41,282 bases of DNA, from NCBI GenBank assembly GCA_017457385.1, contig JAFTHO010000045.1, positions 1 to 41,282 of the forward strand. Direction: 5' to 3'. The notes under the pieces are model-generated. The model was not told where the DNA came from. It searched no databases and worked only from the letters and a program-made list of their open reading frames with translations. Origin of the DNA: Clostridia bacterium (GTDB lineage Bacteria; Bacillota; Clostridia; Christensenellales; CAG-314). The position numbers were made by a program, and so were the translations under genes. Shown here in pieces: positions 18,264 through 28,156 of this stretch. Within the stretch, counting starts at the first letter, position 1. The number at the start of each line of letters is the position of its first letter.

Positions 18264-18781
18264 GGCTCCTCCTGACGGGGGAGCTGTCGCACGAATGGGC
18301 GACTGAGGGAGAGATAACCTGCACAAAAACAATAAAATATGTTATACTTTAACTATGAAAGAATACAACAAAAACAACACCAAAAAAGCACAATATCTTC
18401 GCAAAAATGCAACCCCATGGGAAAGAAAGTTGTGGTATGAATTTTTGAAAGACTATCCAATACGTTTTCAGCGACAAAAACCAATAGACAATTTTGTGGC
18501 AGATTTTTATTGTGCAAAGGCAGGCATTGTTTTAGAACTTGATGGTGGCGAACATTTTTCGTCGCAAACGTTGCAATATGATCAGATGAGAACAGAAATA
18601 TTGCAAAAAAAAGGTGTAAAAGTAGTCAGAATTTGCAACAACGAAATTGACAAAAATTTTGAAGGTGTTTGCGAATATATAGATGATATTGTAAAACAAA
18701 ATTTAAAGAGCAGATAACAAGCATACGTCATCTCTCCCTCAGTCTGGCATACGCCAGCCAGCTCCCCCGTCAGGAGGAGCC
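18264..18781. mobile_element. DUF559 cassette 2: endonuclease gene bounded by long inverted repeats
   Basis: 18264-18286 is the perfect reverse complement of 18759-18781 (23 bp), and 18301-18315 of 18730-18744 (15 bp). Mobility is inferred. Confidence 0.6.
18355..18717 (+). CDS. DUF559 family endonuclease, paralog 2
   Basis: LRKNATPWERKLW, FQRQKPIDNFVADFYC and LELDGGEH. 73/118 residues identical to 2312-2668 by manual ungapped alignment. Confidence 0.9.
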   Translation: MKEYNKNNTKKAQYLRKNATPWERKLWYEFLKDYPIRFQRQKPIDNFVADFYCAKAGIVLELDGGEHFSSQTLQYDQMRTEILQKKGVKVVRICNNEIDKNFEGVCEYIDDIVKQNLKSR

Positions 18782-18879
18782 CTTTTTATTTTGTCTTTGC
18801 TGTTGGTTTTGTTGTCAGTTTGCAATTTAAGGACAATATCGTTTATGCGAGGTTTTTGAAATCCTGCCTGCATAAAAAT

Positions 18880-19389
18880 TCAAACAAAAAACAAACGGCA
18901 AAACAAACAGCCAAGGGCAGATGACAAAACACTGCAAAACAAACCGATTGCCATTGCCCAACCAAGTTTTTTTATGCTTGTGCCACCAAAATATACTGTG
19001 GATATATAAAAAACAGTTTCGCTTGTGCCATATACAACGCAGGCGCACCTGCCCACAAAACTGTCGGTGCCGTGCGTCAAAAGCAAATCGGTCAGCATTG
19101 CAAGCGAGCCACTGCCACTAAACGGCTTTAGCACCACAAGCTGGCACAACTGTTGTGGTATGCCAAGCAAAGTCAGCAAAGGCTCAAAAACAAACTGCAA
19201 CAGGTTGTATACTCCGCTTGCTTTTGCAAGTTCAACCGCAACAAGCATGCAGGCAAGATATGGCAACAAATCTTTTGCCAGGGGCAATGCCTGTTTTGCT
19301 CCGTCGATAAAAGACGTGTATGCATTTTGTTTTTTGGCAAAGGCCAGTGCAAAAACACACAGCAACAAAAGGGGCAAAATATACTTCAT
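18880..19389 (-). CDS. spmB: Spore maturation protein B
   Basis: Y.SFIDGAK, KPFSGSGSL and GTSETVFY motifs. Overlaps the stop of spmA. Confidence 0.85.
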   Translation of the reverse strand: MKYILPLLLLCVFALAFAKKQNAYTSFIDGAKQALPLAKDLLPYLACMLVAVELAKASGVYNLLQFVFEPLLTLLGIPQQLCQLVVLKPFSGSGSLAMLTDLLLTHGTDSFVGRCACVVYGTSETVFYISTVYFGGTSIKKLGWAMAIGLFCSVLSSALGCLFCRLFFV

Positions 19390-19943
19390 TTTTTGTCACC
19401 ATACAGCAAAGATACAAGCAAAATGCCAACGAGAGTGGTTGTGAGTGACGTCAAAAAACAAGGCAGAATTATACTTGTGGGGTTTGCCGAGCCAAGACTT
19501 GCCAGAATGCCCGTTGTTGTGGTGGGCAAAAACTGCAGACCGCATGCGTTTGTTACAAACAGCATTGCCATGCCTTTTGTCATTTTGCCGTCACCTTTGT
19601 CCATTTGTTTTGTTGCCACAATTGCAGGCGGGGTGGATGCATTGCCAACTCCAAGCAGATTTGCAGACAGGTTTAGCGACAGATTGTCGCATATTTTGTC
19701 GTCATCCACACCAAACAGTTTTTTTGTCAGTTTTTTTGTTTTGCGTGACAAAGCCTTTACGACACCGCAGTTTTTTGCAACGTTTATCACGCCAAGCCAA
19801 AGGGCATATACACTTGTGAGAGAGATGCAAAGCTCAACCGCAGTTTGCGTTGCCGTCGCCATAGAGGTGACCACAAGGGTTGGATTTGCAAACAACAAAA
19901 AAGACAAACTTGCCAAAATCAAAAAAAGTCATATATATTGCAT
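19386..19943 (-). pseudogene. spmA: Spore maturation protein A with in-frame TGA at codon 5 (alternative TTG start at 19922)
   Basis: NLSANLLGVGNASTP and GSANP motifs. ATG 19943 reads MQYI*LFLILAS in frame with the ORF. Confidence 0.6.
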
Positions 19944-20046
19944 ACTAAAACCTATTAAAAAAAGTTGTTTAATAGACAAGTTTTTTTTAAAGTGTTATAC
20001 TAAAACATAATGTAGTTAAAAATATATATTTTTATAGAGGTAAAAT

Positions 20047-21993
20047 ATGAAAGAAAAGTATTACATCACCACACCGATTTATTATCCAAGCGGAAACTGG
20101 CATTTGGGCCACTGCTATACAACAGTCATTTGTGACGCAATCGCTCGTTTCAAACGTATGGACGGCTTTGATGTTTTCTTTTTGACTGGCACTGACGAAC
20201 ACGGTGTAAAAATAGAAAAACGTGCTGCCGAACACAACACAACTCCAAAAGCGTTTGTTGACGGTCTTGTTGACAACATCAAAGATTTGTGGAAAGTTTT
20301 GGGCATCAGCTATGACAAATTTATCCGCACAACAGACGACTATCACGTAGAGGCCGTTCAAAAAATGTTCAAGCGTCTTTATGACCAGGGCGACATTTAC
20401 AAGGCAGAATACGAAGGCAACTATTGCACACCTTGCGAATCTTTCTGGACAGAAAGTCAGCTTGTTGACGGCAAATGCCCTGACTGTGGCAGACCTGTAG
20501 AAAAAGCCAAAGAAGAAAGTTATTTCTTCCGCCTTTCTAAATATCAGGACAAACTCATCGAGCTTTATAACAAAAACCCAGAGTTTATCTCTCCAAAATC
20601 ACGTATGAACGAGATGATAAACAACTTTATCAAACCTGGCTTGCAGGACCTTTGCGTATCACGCACTTCTTTCAAATGGGGAATCCCTGTTACTTTTGAC
20701 GACAAACACGTCATTTACGTTTGGGTAGACGCCCTCACAAACTATATCACTGCTCTCGGTTACGAAGGCAAAGACGACAGTTTGTTCAAAAAATACTGGC
20801 CTGCAAACCTGCATATGGTTGGCAAAGAAATCGTACGCTTCCACACAATCATCTGGCCGGCAATTCTTATGGCACTTGGCATCGAAATGCCACAAAAGGT
20901 ATACGGCCACGGCTGGTTGCTCATTGGTGGCGACAAAATGAGCAAATCAAAAGGCAACGTTGTTGACCCATTTGTTTTGTCAGAAAGATATGGCGTAGAC
21001 GCTGTGAGATATTTCCTGCTGAGAGAAGTTCCTTTTGGCAGTGACGGTGTTTATACAAACGAGGCACTCATCACTCGCACAAATGCAGACCTTGCAAACG
21101 ACCTTGGCAACCTTGTATCACGCACAACTGCAATGATCACACAATATTTTGGTGGCGTTGTGCCAGCACATGACGCAAAAGAAGATATCGACGACGAACT
21201 TATCGGTTTGTGCAAAGACGCTTTGGCAAAAGTGCGCAGTCACATCGACAATCTGCTTGTGCCAGAGGCTTTGGTAGAAATATTCCGCCTTGTTCAGCGT
21301 GCAAACAAATATATCGACGAAACTATGCCTTGGGTACTTGCAAAAGACGAAAGCAAAAAAGCACGTCTTGGCACAGTGCTTTACAACCTTGCAGAAACAA
21401 TCAGATATTCTGCAGTGCTTCTCAGCCCATTTATGCCAACAACTGCTCAAAAAATCTTTGACAGTCTTCAACTTGGTGCTTTGCCAGCTGACTTTGAGTC
21501 AATCAAAGAGTTTGGCGGTCTTGCCGTTGGTGGCAACGTTGTAAAAGGCAATGCTTTGTTCCCACGTCTTGACATGAAAAAAGAACTTGCCGAACTTGAA
21601 AAACTTGCAGAAGCACAGGCAAAAGCAAAAGAACAACCAAAACAAGAGGTTGTTGAAGAACAACCAAAGGCAGAAATCACAATTGACGATTTTGCCAAAG
21701 TAGAACTTGCAACTGCAAAAGTGCTCACATGCGAAAAAGTTGCAAAGAGTGACAAACTTTTGAAGCTCACTCTTGACGTTGCAGGCAAAGAACGCACTGT
21801 TGTTAGTGGCATTGCACAACACTATACACCAGAATATATGGTTGGCAAAACTGTGGTTATCGTAAAAAATCTCAAACCAGTAAAACTGCGTGGCATTTTG
21901 AGCGAAGGTATGATTTTGTGTGCATCAAACGGCAAAGACGTTGTGTTTGTTACACCAGAAAAAGAAATTGAAAGTGGCAGTGGGGTTAACTGA
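20047..21993 (+). CDS. metG: Methionine--tRNA ligase
   Basis: YITTPIYY, HLGH, KMSKS and a C-terminal tRNA-binding OB domain. Confidence 0.97.
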   Translation: MKEKYYITTPIYYPSGNWHLGHCYTTVICDAIARFKRMDGFDVFFLTGTDEHGVKIEKRAAEHNTTPKAFVDGLVDNIKDLWKVLGISYDKFIRTTDDYHVEAVQKMFKRLYDQGDIYKAEYEGNYCTPCESFWTESQLVDGKCPDCGRPVEKAKEESYFFRLSKYQDKLIELYNKNPEFISPKSRMNEMINNFIKPGLQDLCVSRTSFKWGIPVTFDDKHVIYVWVDALTNYITALGYEGKDDSLFKKYWPANLHMVGKEIVRFHTIIWPAILMALGIEMPQKVYGHGWLLIGGDKMSKSKGNVVDPFVLSERYGVDAVRYFLLREVPFGSDGVYTNEALITRTNADLANDLGNLVSRTTAMITQYFGGVVPAHDAKEDIDDELIGLCKDALAKVRSHIDNLLVPEALVEIFRLVQRANKYIDETMPWVLAKDESKKARLGTVLYNLAETIRYSAVLLSPFMPTTAQKIFDSLQLGALPADFESIKEFGGLAVGGNVVKGNALFPRLDMKKELAELEKLAEAQAKAKEQPKQEVVEEQPKAEITIDDFAKVELATAKVLTCEKVAKSDKLLKLTLDVAGKERTVVSGIAQHYTPEYMVGKTVVIVKNLKPVKLRGILSEGMILCASNGKDVVFVTPEKEIESGSGVN

Positions 21994-22763
21994 TGATTGA
22001 TTGTCATACACACCTTGACGACGAAAGGCTCATTTGCGATATCGACCAGATTGTTGGCGATTTTGACAATGACGGCATAGAGTTTGTCATAGATGCATCT
22101 GCAGACTACGTCACAATGCAACAGGCATTTGCCTTGTCACAAAAATATGACAGGGTTTTTGCCACAATCGGTTGCCATCCAAACGATGCACTCACTTTTG
22201 ACCACAAGATGGCTGACCTTATGGCAGAATATGCAAAAAACCCAAAGGTTGTTGCCGTTGGCGAAATTGGTCTTGACTATCACTACGACGAGCCAGGCAA
22301 AGAGGTGCAACACAAAGCATTTGTAGAGCAACTTGCATTGGCAAACGATTTTGGCTTGCCGGTGCAACTGCACGTCCGCGATGCATACGGCGATGCTTTG
22401 CAGGTTTTAAAGGCAAACAAAGGTTTGCTCAAAAACGGTGTTTTGCTCCATTGCTATTCTGGCAGCAAAGAGATGGCGCAGGAGTTTTTAAAGTTTGATG
22501 CCTTCTTTTCTTTTGGCGGTGCAATCACCTTTAAAAACGCAAAAAAGGAAGAAATCATACAGTCTATCCCTGTGGAAAAGTTGCTGACAGAAACTGATGC
22601 ACCATATATGACGCCACATCCTTTCCGTGGAAAGACAAATTATCCAAAATTTATCAAATATACTTATTTAAAAATGGCAGAGGTGCTTGGCATGAGTTTT
22701 GAACAACTTGAAGACCAGGTGAGAAAAAACACTTTTGCTTTGTTTAAAAGGACAAATATATGA
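21993..22763 (+). CDS. tatD: TatD family hydrolase
   Basis: DCHTH, GEIGLDY and ETDAPY motifs. Confidence 0.93.
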   Translation: MIDCHTHLDDERLICDIDQIVGDFDNDGIEFVIDASADYVTMQQAFALSQKYDRVFATIGCHPNDALTFDHKMADLMAEYAKNPKVVAVGEIGLDYHYDEPGKEVQHKAFVEQLALANDFGLPVQLHVRDAYGDALQVLKANKGLLKNGVLLHCYSGSKEMAQEFLKFDAFFSFGGAITFKNAKKEEIIQSIPVEKLLTETDAPYMTPHPFRGKTNYPKFIKYTYLKMAEVLGMSFEQLEDQVRKNTFALFKRTNI

Positions 22764-23350
22764 ACAACTACGTATATGAGGTTGGCAACAACCTTTATAT
22801 CAACCTGACAAATCAATGCTCAAACGATTGCTTTTTTTGCATCCGCAACGGTCACGACGAAATGAACGGAACAAACCTGTGGCTGGAAAAAGAGCCAACC
22901 GTTGCCGACGTTTTGGCACAATTGCCAGACGATTTGTCTAAATATGACGAAGTGGTATTTTGCGGTTTTGGCGAACCAACGTACAAAATTGATATGCTCC
23001 ACGAACTTGGCAAATTTTTCAAGTCAAAGGGCAAAGTCACACGCATCAACACAAACGGACAGGCAAACCTTGTGTTTGGCGAAGACGTTTGCGAAAAACT
23101 CGTTGGTGCAATAGACAAAGTCAACGTCAGCCTCAATGCATCAAACGCCAAAGAATATCAGCGCATTTGCAAAAGCATTTTTGGCGAAGACTCTTTTGAG
23201 GCAATGCTTGAGTTTGCACATCGTTGCCAGGACCTTGGCATGGACGTGATTATGTCAGTTGTGGATATCATCGGCAAAGACGAAGTCGATGCTTGTCAAA
23301 AACTTTGTGACGAGCGTGGACTCAAACTTCGTGTAAGGGCTTTTGAATAA
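22760..23350 (+). CDS. TatD-associated radical SAM protein
   Basis: YINLTNQCSNDCFFC (CxxxCxxC) and VFCGFGEP. Translationally coupled to tatD. Confidence 0.88.
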   Translation: MNNYVYEVGNNLYINLTNQCSNDCFFCIRNGHDEMNGTNLWLEKEPTVADVLAQLPDDLSKYDEVVFCGFGEPTYKIDMLHELGKFFKSKGKVTRINTNGQANLVFGEDVCEKLVGAIDKVNVSLNASNAKEYQRICKSIFGEDSFEAMLEFAHRCQDLGMDVIMSVVDIIGKDEVDACQKLCDERGLKLRVRAFE

Positions 23351-24177
23351 TGGAAATCAAACAGGTATTGCAGGCAAACAACTTTAGGTTTAACAAAAAG
23401 TTTGGTCAAAACTTTATTTCGGACACAAACCTGCTCAATGCCATTGTGTCTGATGCCCAAATTTGCAAAGACGACGTCGTTATCGAAATTGGTCCGGGCG
23501 CAGGCTCGCTCACCTATGCCATTGCACAGCAGGCAAAAAAGGTGGTTGCGTTTGAAATTGACACAAACCTTAAAGACGTGCTCAAAACAACTTTGCTTGG
23601 TGTGAGCAACGTCGAGGTCATTTTTAAAGACGTGATGGACGTTGATATGGCAGAGATAGAAAAAATTGCAGGTGGCCCATACAAAGTGGTTGCAAATTTG
23701 CCATATTACATCACAACGCCAATTCTCATGCGCTTTTTAGAAGAAAGCACAAATATGACGTCAATGTCTATCATGATTCAAAAAGAAGTGGCAGACAGAC
23801 TCACAGCCAAAGCAGGCACAAAAGACTATGGTCGTGTGACCGTGGCGGTGGACTATTTTGGCAATGCAAAACTTGCACGCAACGTGTCACGACAAATGTT
23901 TTATCCACAACCAAACGTAGACAGTGCGGTTGTGCGCATCGACCGTGACAAAAAATATACCTGCAGTGACGAAAAGTTGTTGCGTCAGGTTGTCAAAAGT
24001 GCTTTTGCCATGAGACGCAAAGTATTCAGCACCTGTCTTGCAAGTGGTCTTGGCATAAGCAAAGACAAAGCGGTTGAATATATTACTTCACTTGGCAAAC
24101 AGGCTACAATCCGTGGCGAAACGCTCACAACGCAGGAGTTTGTTGACCTTGTGGAAATCATCAAAAAAGACAGATAA
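23350..24177 (+). CDS. rsmA: 16S rRNA m6,2A dimethyltransferase
   Basis: KKFGQNF, EIGPGAG and ANLPYYIT motifs. Confidence 0.95.
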   Translation: MEIKQVLQANNFRFNKKFGQNFISDTNLLNAIVSDAQICKDDVVIEIGPGAGSLTYAIAQQAKKVVAFEIDTNLKDVLKTTLLGVSNVEVIFKDVMDVDMAEIEKIAGGPYKVVANLPYYITTPILMRFLEESTNMTSMSIMIQKEVADRLTAKAGTKDYGRVTVAVDYFGNAKLARNVSRQMFYPQPNVDSAVVRIDRDKKYTCSDEKLLRQVVKSAFAMRRKVFSTCLASGLGISKDKAVEYITSLGKQATIRGETLTTQEFVDLVEIIKKDR

Positions 24178-24288
24178 TCAAAAGGCATCGTGCGATGCCT
24201 TTTTTTGTTTTTAAAACTCTTTAAAAAATACAAAAACATACACAAAACGACACCCCGCATAAACTAAAATTGTGCAGGGTGATTTTTT

Positions 24289-25125
24289 ATGACAGAGTTT
24301 ATCAAAAAGGTGCTTGTGTTTGACCAGATTGCAACTGGTTTTGGTGTTGGTGACAAAAAAGTGTCAGGTGTGGCAAGGGTGCAAAAAAACGGCAACAAAA
24401 CCCATGCCGGCATATACGTCACAAATTTTTGCAAAAGCAGGGCAGACGTGATAGAGTGCGTGTTGCTTGTTGGCAAAAATATATATACAAAACAAAGTGA
24501 CAGGCTTGATTTTTGCGTGGATATAAAAGACGTCAGGCAAAGTGACGACGTTGCCTGTCTGTTGTGTGGCATAAAGGGTGGCTGTGGCGTGCCTTTTGCT
24601 TTTGCCACCACAAACAAAAGCATTGTGGCAGACGACCTCGCAAAACGTCTCACCTGCGAGCAGGTCACGCAATACGAGCAGTTTGTGTGTGCCACCGACA
24701 ACTATTTTAAAGAGGATTTCGATCTGGAAAAAATAAAACAAAAATCCATTTGCAAATTCAAACCGATAGAGTTGCTTTCACAATACAAACAGACGCAGGA
24801 CAAAACTTTTTTTGCAAACGCCAAGGAGATGCTTGTCAAAATTTTTGAGACCTATCCGCCGTGTGACGAACTCAACGAAAACATGGCAGACAGTTTTTGG
24901 GTTAAAGTGCCTTTCAAAAACCAAAAATATTTTTCCGTAGGGCTGTTGCAAAAAGACGGCAAACCTTTTTACGTTGCATACGGCGTGCCCGGTCGACTTG
25001 ACCGTCCGCCTGACGAAGATGGCTTTGCTTTTTTTGCCACAAAAAACAAACAGGTGGGTTTTTGGATAATTTGTCAGGATGCAAACACCGGTTTTGCTGC
25101 AAAACAACCATATTTTTGGGTATAA
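24289..25125 (+). CDS. Hypothetical protein
   Basis: 278-aa ORF filling the intergenic space, with a GGGTG SD-like site. No motif recognised with confidence. Confidence 0.65.
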   Translation: MTEFIKKVLVFDQIATGFGVGDKKVSGVARVQKNGNKTHAGIYVTNFCKSRADVIECVLLVGKNIYTKQSDRLDFCVDIKDVRQSDDVACLLCGIKGGCGVPFAFATTNKSIVADDLAKRLTCEQVTQYEQFVCATDNYFKEDFDLEKIKQKSICKFKPIELLSQYKQTQDKTFFANAKEMLVKIFETYPPCDELNENMADSFWVKVPFKNQKYFSVGLLQKDGKPFYVAYGVPGRLDRPPDEDGFAFFATKNKQVGFWIICQDANTGFAAKQPYFWV

Positions 25126-25239
25126 AAAATGTGCCTATACTACCTGTTGTGTATGTGTTTTTAGTGCCTTTTTGTGTTGCCAAATTGACAAAAGAGTGGT
25201 ACAATAACAAACGATTAAAGTTATATATAGGAGCATTTT

Positions 25240-26697
25240 ATGTCAAAAAAACTTTTGGCAGTTATCGCACTTGTGGTAGCATCTTTGTTTGTGTTTACTG
25301 CATGCGGTGGCGAAGACTACAAATTTGACGCACTTGAAAACAACCCTGCAGCATCTGCAACAGTATACAGCAATGGTGGCAGTTACGTACAAAAAGGCGA
25401 ATACAGCTATTTTATCAACGGTGCAGAAGACGGTGCAGGCAAAAACACTTTTGGCGATTATCACAAAGGCAGTATCGTGAGAGTAAAAACAAGTGATCTC
25501 ACTAAAAAAGACCGTGTGGTAGAAACTGTTGTTCCAAAAATCATTTATGCAGAAGATGCATCTTCATCTGGTCTTTATATTTTTGGTGACAAAATCTATT
25601 ATACAACACCAAACAACGGCAAAGACGCACAAGGCAACGTGTTGTTGACAGAACTTGACTTTATGGTGGCAAACATTGATGGCACAGGCACACAAAAAAT
25701 TGCTACTATCGAGGACAACACTCAACCTTTCCGCTTTGTACAAAAAGACGGCAAAGTATATATTTTGTACGTTGGTGTTGCAGACGTGACAATCGATGGA
25801 CAGGAAACAAGCACTACTGCAATTTATGAAATTGACTGCGAAAGCAAAGCAGAAAAACTCGTTGCTGACAACGTAGATACAGTTGTTTTTGACAGCTATG
25901 CAAACAGCACTTCTGTTGCATATACTCAAAAAGTTGTTACTGCAAACGGTTTTGACGGCAAAGAAAGCATCGATGCACGTTTTAACAAACTTTGTCAGTA
26001 TACAGCAGGCAGCGAAAGTGCAGTTGTTATTGCAAACGGCGACGATGCACAAAACCTCAACTTTGCAAAATATACACCGGTTGTACTCAACAAAGACGTT
26101 GTATACTTTAACAGCACTTTGCAAGGTCTTTCAACAGGTGACACTTTCAACAAAGCAAAAGGCACAACTGTAACAAAACTTGCAGACGGCACTTATACAA
26201 ACGTTATGGTGTCAGCTGACAGCGAAGACGTAATCTTTACGCAGGATTCTGGCTATATCACAAAAGTGGCTTTCACTCAAAACAACCTGCCTGCAAAAAC
26301 AAAAATCTGTGCAGAAACAGCAGACATCAAGTTTGAAATTGCAACAGACAAATACGTATACTACTCTTTGACAGAAGGTTTCACTTTGCACAGAGCAGAC
26401 TATACAGCAGGCAAACTTGTACAAAGTGTTCAGGCAGTTTCTGGTCAGATGAAATCAACACTCTGGTCATCATATGACTTTGCAGTTGTTGACGGCAAAA
26501 TGTGCGCATTCTATTTTAACGATGCGGACAACATTTCATACGTCAACTATATGTATATCAACTATTTTGCAGAGGACGACGCAACAGACCTTTCAACATA
26601 TCGCATTGGTCTTCTCAGTCAGGTCGAACAAGACCTTGTTGTTGACAACCAAAAAGACGACAAAGGCGCAGTAGAAGATTTTCTTGCAAAAGAATAA
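25240..26697 (+). CDS. Lipoprotein with beta-propeller-like (DUF5050-like) repeats
   Basis: AGGAG SD, lipobox FTA-C, 'SNGG..VQKGEY.YFING' and 'G..IYY..ANIDGT' segments. Confidence 0.75.
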   Translation: MSKKLLAVIALVVASLFVFTACGGEDYKFDALENNPAASATVYSNGGSYVQKGEYSYFINGAEDGAGKNTFGDYHKGSIVRVKTSDLTKKDRVVETVVPKIIYAEDASSSGLYIFGDKIYYTTPNNGKDAQGNVLLTELDFMVANIDGTGTQKIATIEDNTQPFRFVQKDGKVYILYVGVADVTIDGQETSTTAIYEIDCESKAEKLVADNVDTVVFDSYANSTSVAYTQKVVTANGFDGKESIDARFNKLCQYTAGSESAVVIANGDDAQNLNFAKYTPVVLNKDVVYFNSTLQGLSTGDTFNKAKGTTVTKLADGTYTNVMVSADSEDVIFTQDSGYITKVAFTQNNLPAKTKICAETADIKFEIATDKYVYYSLTEGFTLHRADYTAGKLVQSVQAVSGQMKSTLWSSYDFAVVDGKMCAFYFNDADNISYVNYMYINYFAEDDATDLSTYRIGLLSQVEQDLVVDNQKDDKGAVEDFLAKE

Positions 26698-26717
26698 TCA
26701 TTTGCAAAAGCAAATTT

Positions 26718-26744
26718 AAAGCACGGCAAAAGCCGTGCTTTTTT
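26718..26744 (+). terminator. Terminator hairpin, copy 2 of the identical 27-bp repeat
   Basis: AAAGCACGGCAAAAGCCGTGCTTTTTT. Confidence 0.85.
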
Positions 26745-26840
26745 GTTTGTCCAAAAGTTGTCTGGCCATGCATGCAAACAGTCTGCAATGCATGGGCAAC
26801 AAAAAAGTCATGGCAAAAGGGTTTGTTTCTTTTTTTTGTG

Positions 26841-26847
26841 TGTCGAA
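26841..26847 (+). promoter_or_regulatory. Spo0A (0A) box upstream of spo0A
   Basis: Perfect TGTCGAA, with near matches TGTCAAA at 26851 and 26871. Confidence 0.5.
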
Positions 26848-26940
26848 TTGTGTCAAAAAAACAAAACAATTGTCAAAATACAACATCTTGCATTTTGAAT
26901 ATTGACATATACCATATTATGTGATAGGGTATAGTTGCCC

Positions 26941-27084
26941 CAAAAATTGTACAATTTTTGATAAATTTTGCCAAAACAACAGGCTTGTTATGCCCTGTTT
27001 TTGCTTTTTTGTACAAAAAATTGCATTTTTGACGACATTTTGCGACAAATTATGTTTTTATCTTTAAAAATTGTACAATTTTTG
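26941..27084. promoter_or_regulatory. Three phased TTGTACAA-centred palindromes
   Basis: 26941-26960, 27005-27020 and 27066-27083. Centres are exactly 62 bp apart. Confidence 0.6.
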
Positions 27085-27164
27085 TAAGTATAATAAAAAA
27101 AAGAAACGGGCAAGCAGTTTTTGTCTGTATCTGTTCAAAAAACGACTATTGGGGGATTTTGTAT

Positions 27165-27941
27165 ATGGCTAAAATAAGGTGTCTTGTGGTGGACGACAAC
27201 AACGACGTGAGAGAAGAACTTGCTTCTGCCTTTGAAAACAACGACAGCATAGAGATTGTTGACCTTGCAAAAGACGGAGTTGAGGCAATCACAAAAATAC
27301 AGGACAAACATCCGGACGTTGTTATACTCGATCTTGTTATGCCCGTGCTGGATGGCTATGGCGTGCTGGAGTTTTTTAAAAACAATCGTTACAAACCAAA
27401 GTTTTTGGTATATTCTGCCGTCAGCATGGACGAATTTGTCTTTAAGGCATTTGGGCTTGGTGCAGACGACTACGTTGCAAAACCTTGCAGAACAGAACTT
27501 TTGGCAAAGCACGTGGTGACTTTGTGCCAGCAAAGTGGCATTGCAAAACTTGCCTCGCTTGAAAAACCAGATATAAAAAACGTATATCGCAACAAAACTC
27601 TGGACGAAAGGATAACAAGTGTTTTTTTGACGGTGGGCATACCCGCACACATCAAAGGATATCAGTATCTGCGTGAGGGCATCAAAATGGCGGTAGAAAA
27701 CCCTGTTGTCATCAACAGCATCACAAAACAGCTTTATCCGTCAATTGCACAAAAATACGAGACTTCTGCAAGCAAGGTAGAGCGTGCCATAAGGCATGCC
27801 ATCGAGGTATCGTGGAACAGGGGCAAGATAGAAAACATCAACACCCTGTTTGGTCTTAAAGTATACGGCGCAAAAGAAAAACCAACAAACGGCGAGTTTA
27901 TTGCCCTTGTTGCAGACAAAATGCTGATAGAAGGTATCTGA
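27165..27941 (+). CDS. spo0A: Sporulation master regulator Spo0A
   Basis: Receiver domain plus [25 protein letters not shown] and KPTNGEFIA. Confidence 0.96.
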   Translation: MAKIRCLVVDDNNDVREELASAFENNDSIEIVDLAKDGVEAITKIQDKHPDVVILDLVMPVLDGYGVLEFFKNNRYKPKFLVYSAVSMDEFVFKAFGLGADDYVAKPCRTELLAKHVVTLCQQSGIAKLASLEKPDIKNVYRNKTLDERITSVFLTVGIPAHIKGYQYLREGIKMAVENPVVINSITKQLYPSIAQKYETSASKVERAIRHAIEVSWNRGKIENINTLFGLKVYGAKEKPTNGEFIALVADKMLIEGI

Positions 27942-28036
27942 TAGAAAAAAAGGACAAAACAAAAACAGATAAAACAAAAAATTTAACTGAATAAAAAAGA
28001 GTATTTAACAAAAAATTGTATTAAACAAAAAGTTGT

Positions 28037-28066
28037 ATTCACCTCCCTCGCCAGAGGGAGGCTTTT
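28037..28066 (-). repeat. Truncated arm of the DUF559-associated repeat family
   Basis: ATTCACCTCCCTCGCCAGAGGGAGGCTTT versus cassette 1 right arm ATCCACCTCCCTCCTCCGATGGAGGCTTT. Confidence 0.7.
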
Positions 28067-28156
28067 ATTTTCTGCTTGTATTGCGTTATATCTTTTATTC
28101 TTGCTTTAATTTGGTCTGGCCCACGAGGGGTATCTCTCGCAATTACATACAAAATC

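Noticed and set aside
19929-19931. UGA=Trp alternative genetic code
   Set aside because: TGA ends metG, spo0A, glmM and galU at their expected C-termini, and Trp is encoded by TGG throughout.
21993-23350. tatD-radical SAM pair as a novel system
   Set aside because: This is a known conserved association in anaerobes, in its usual metG-tatD-rsmA neighbourhood.
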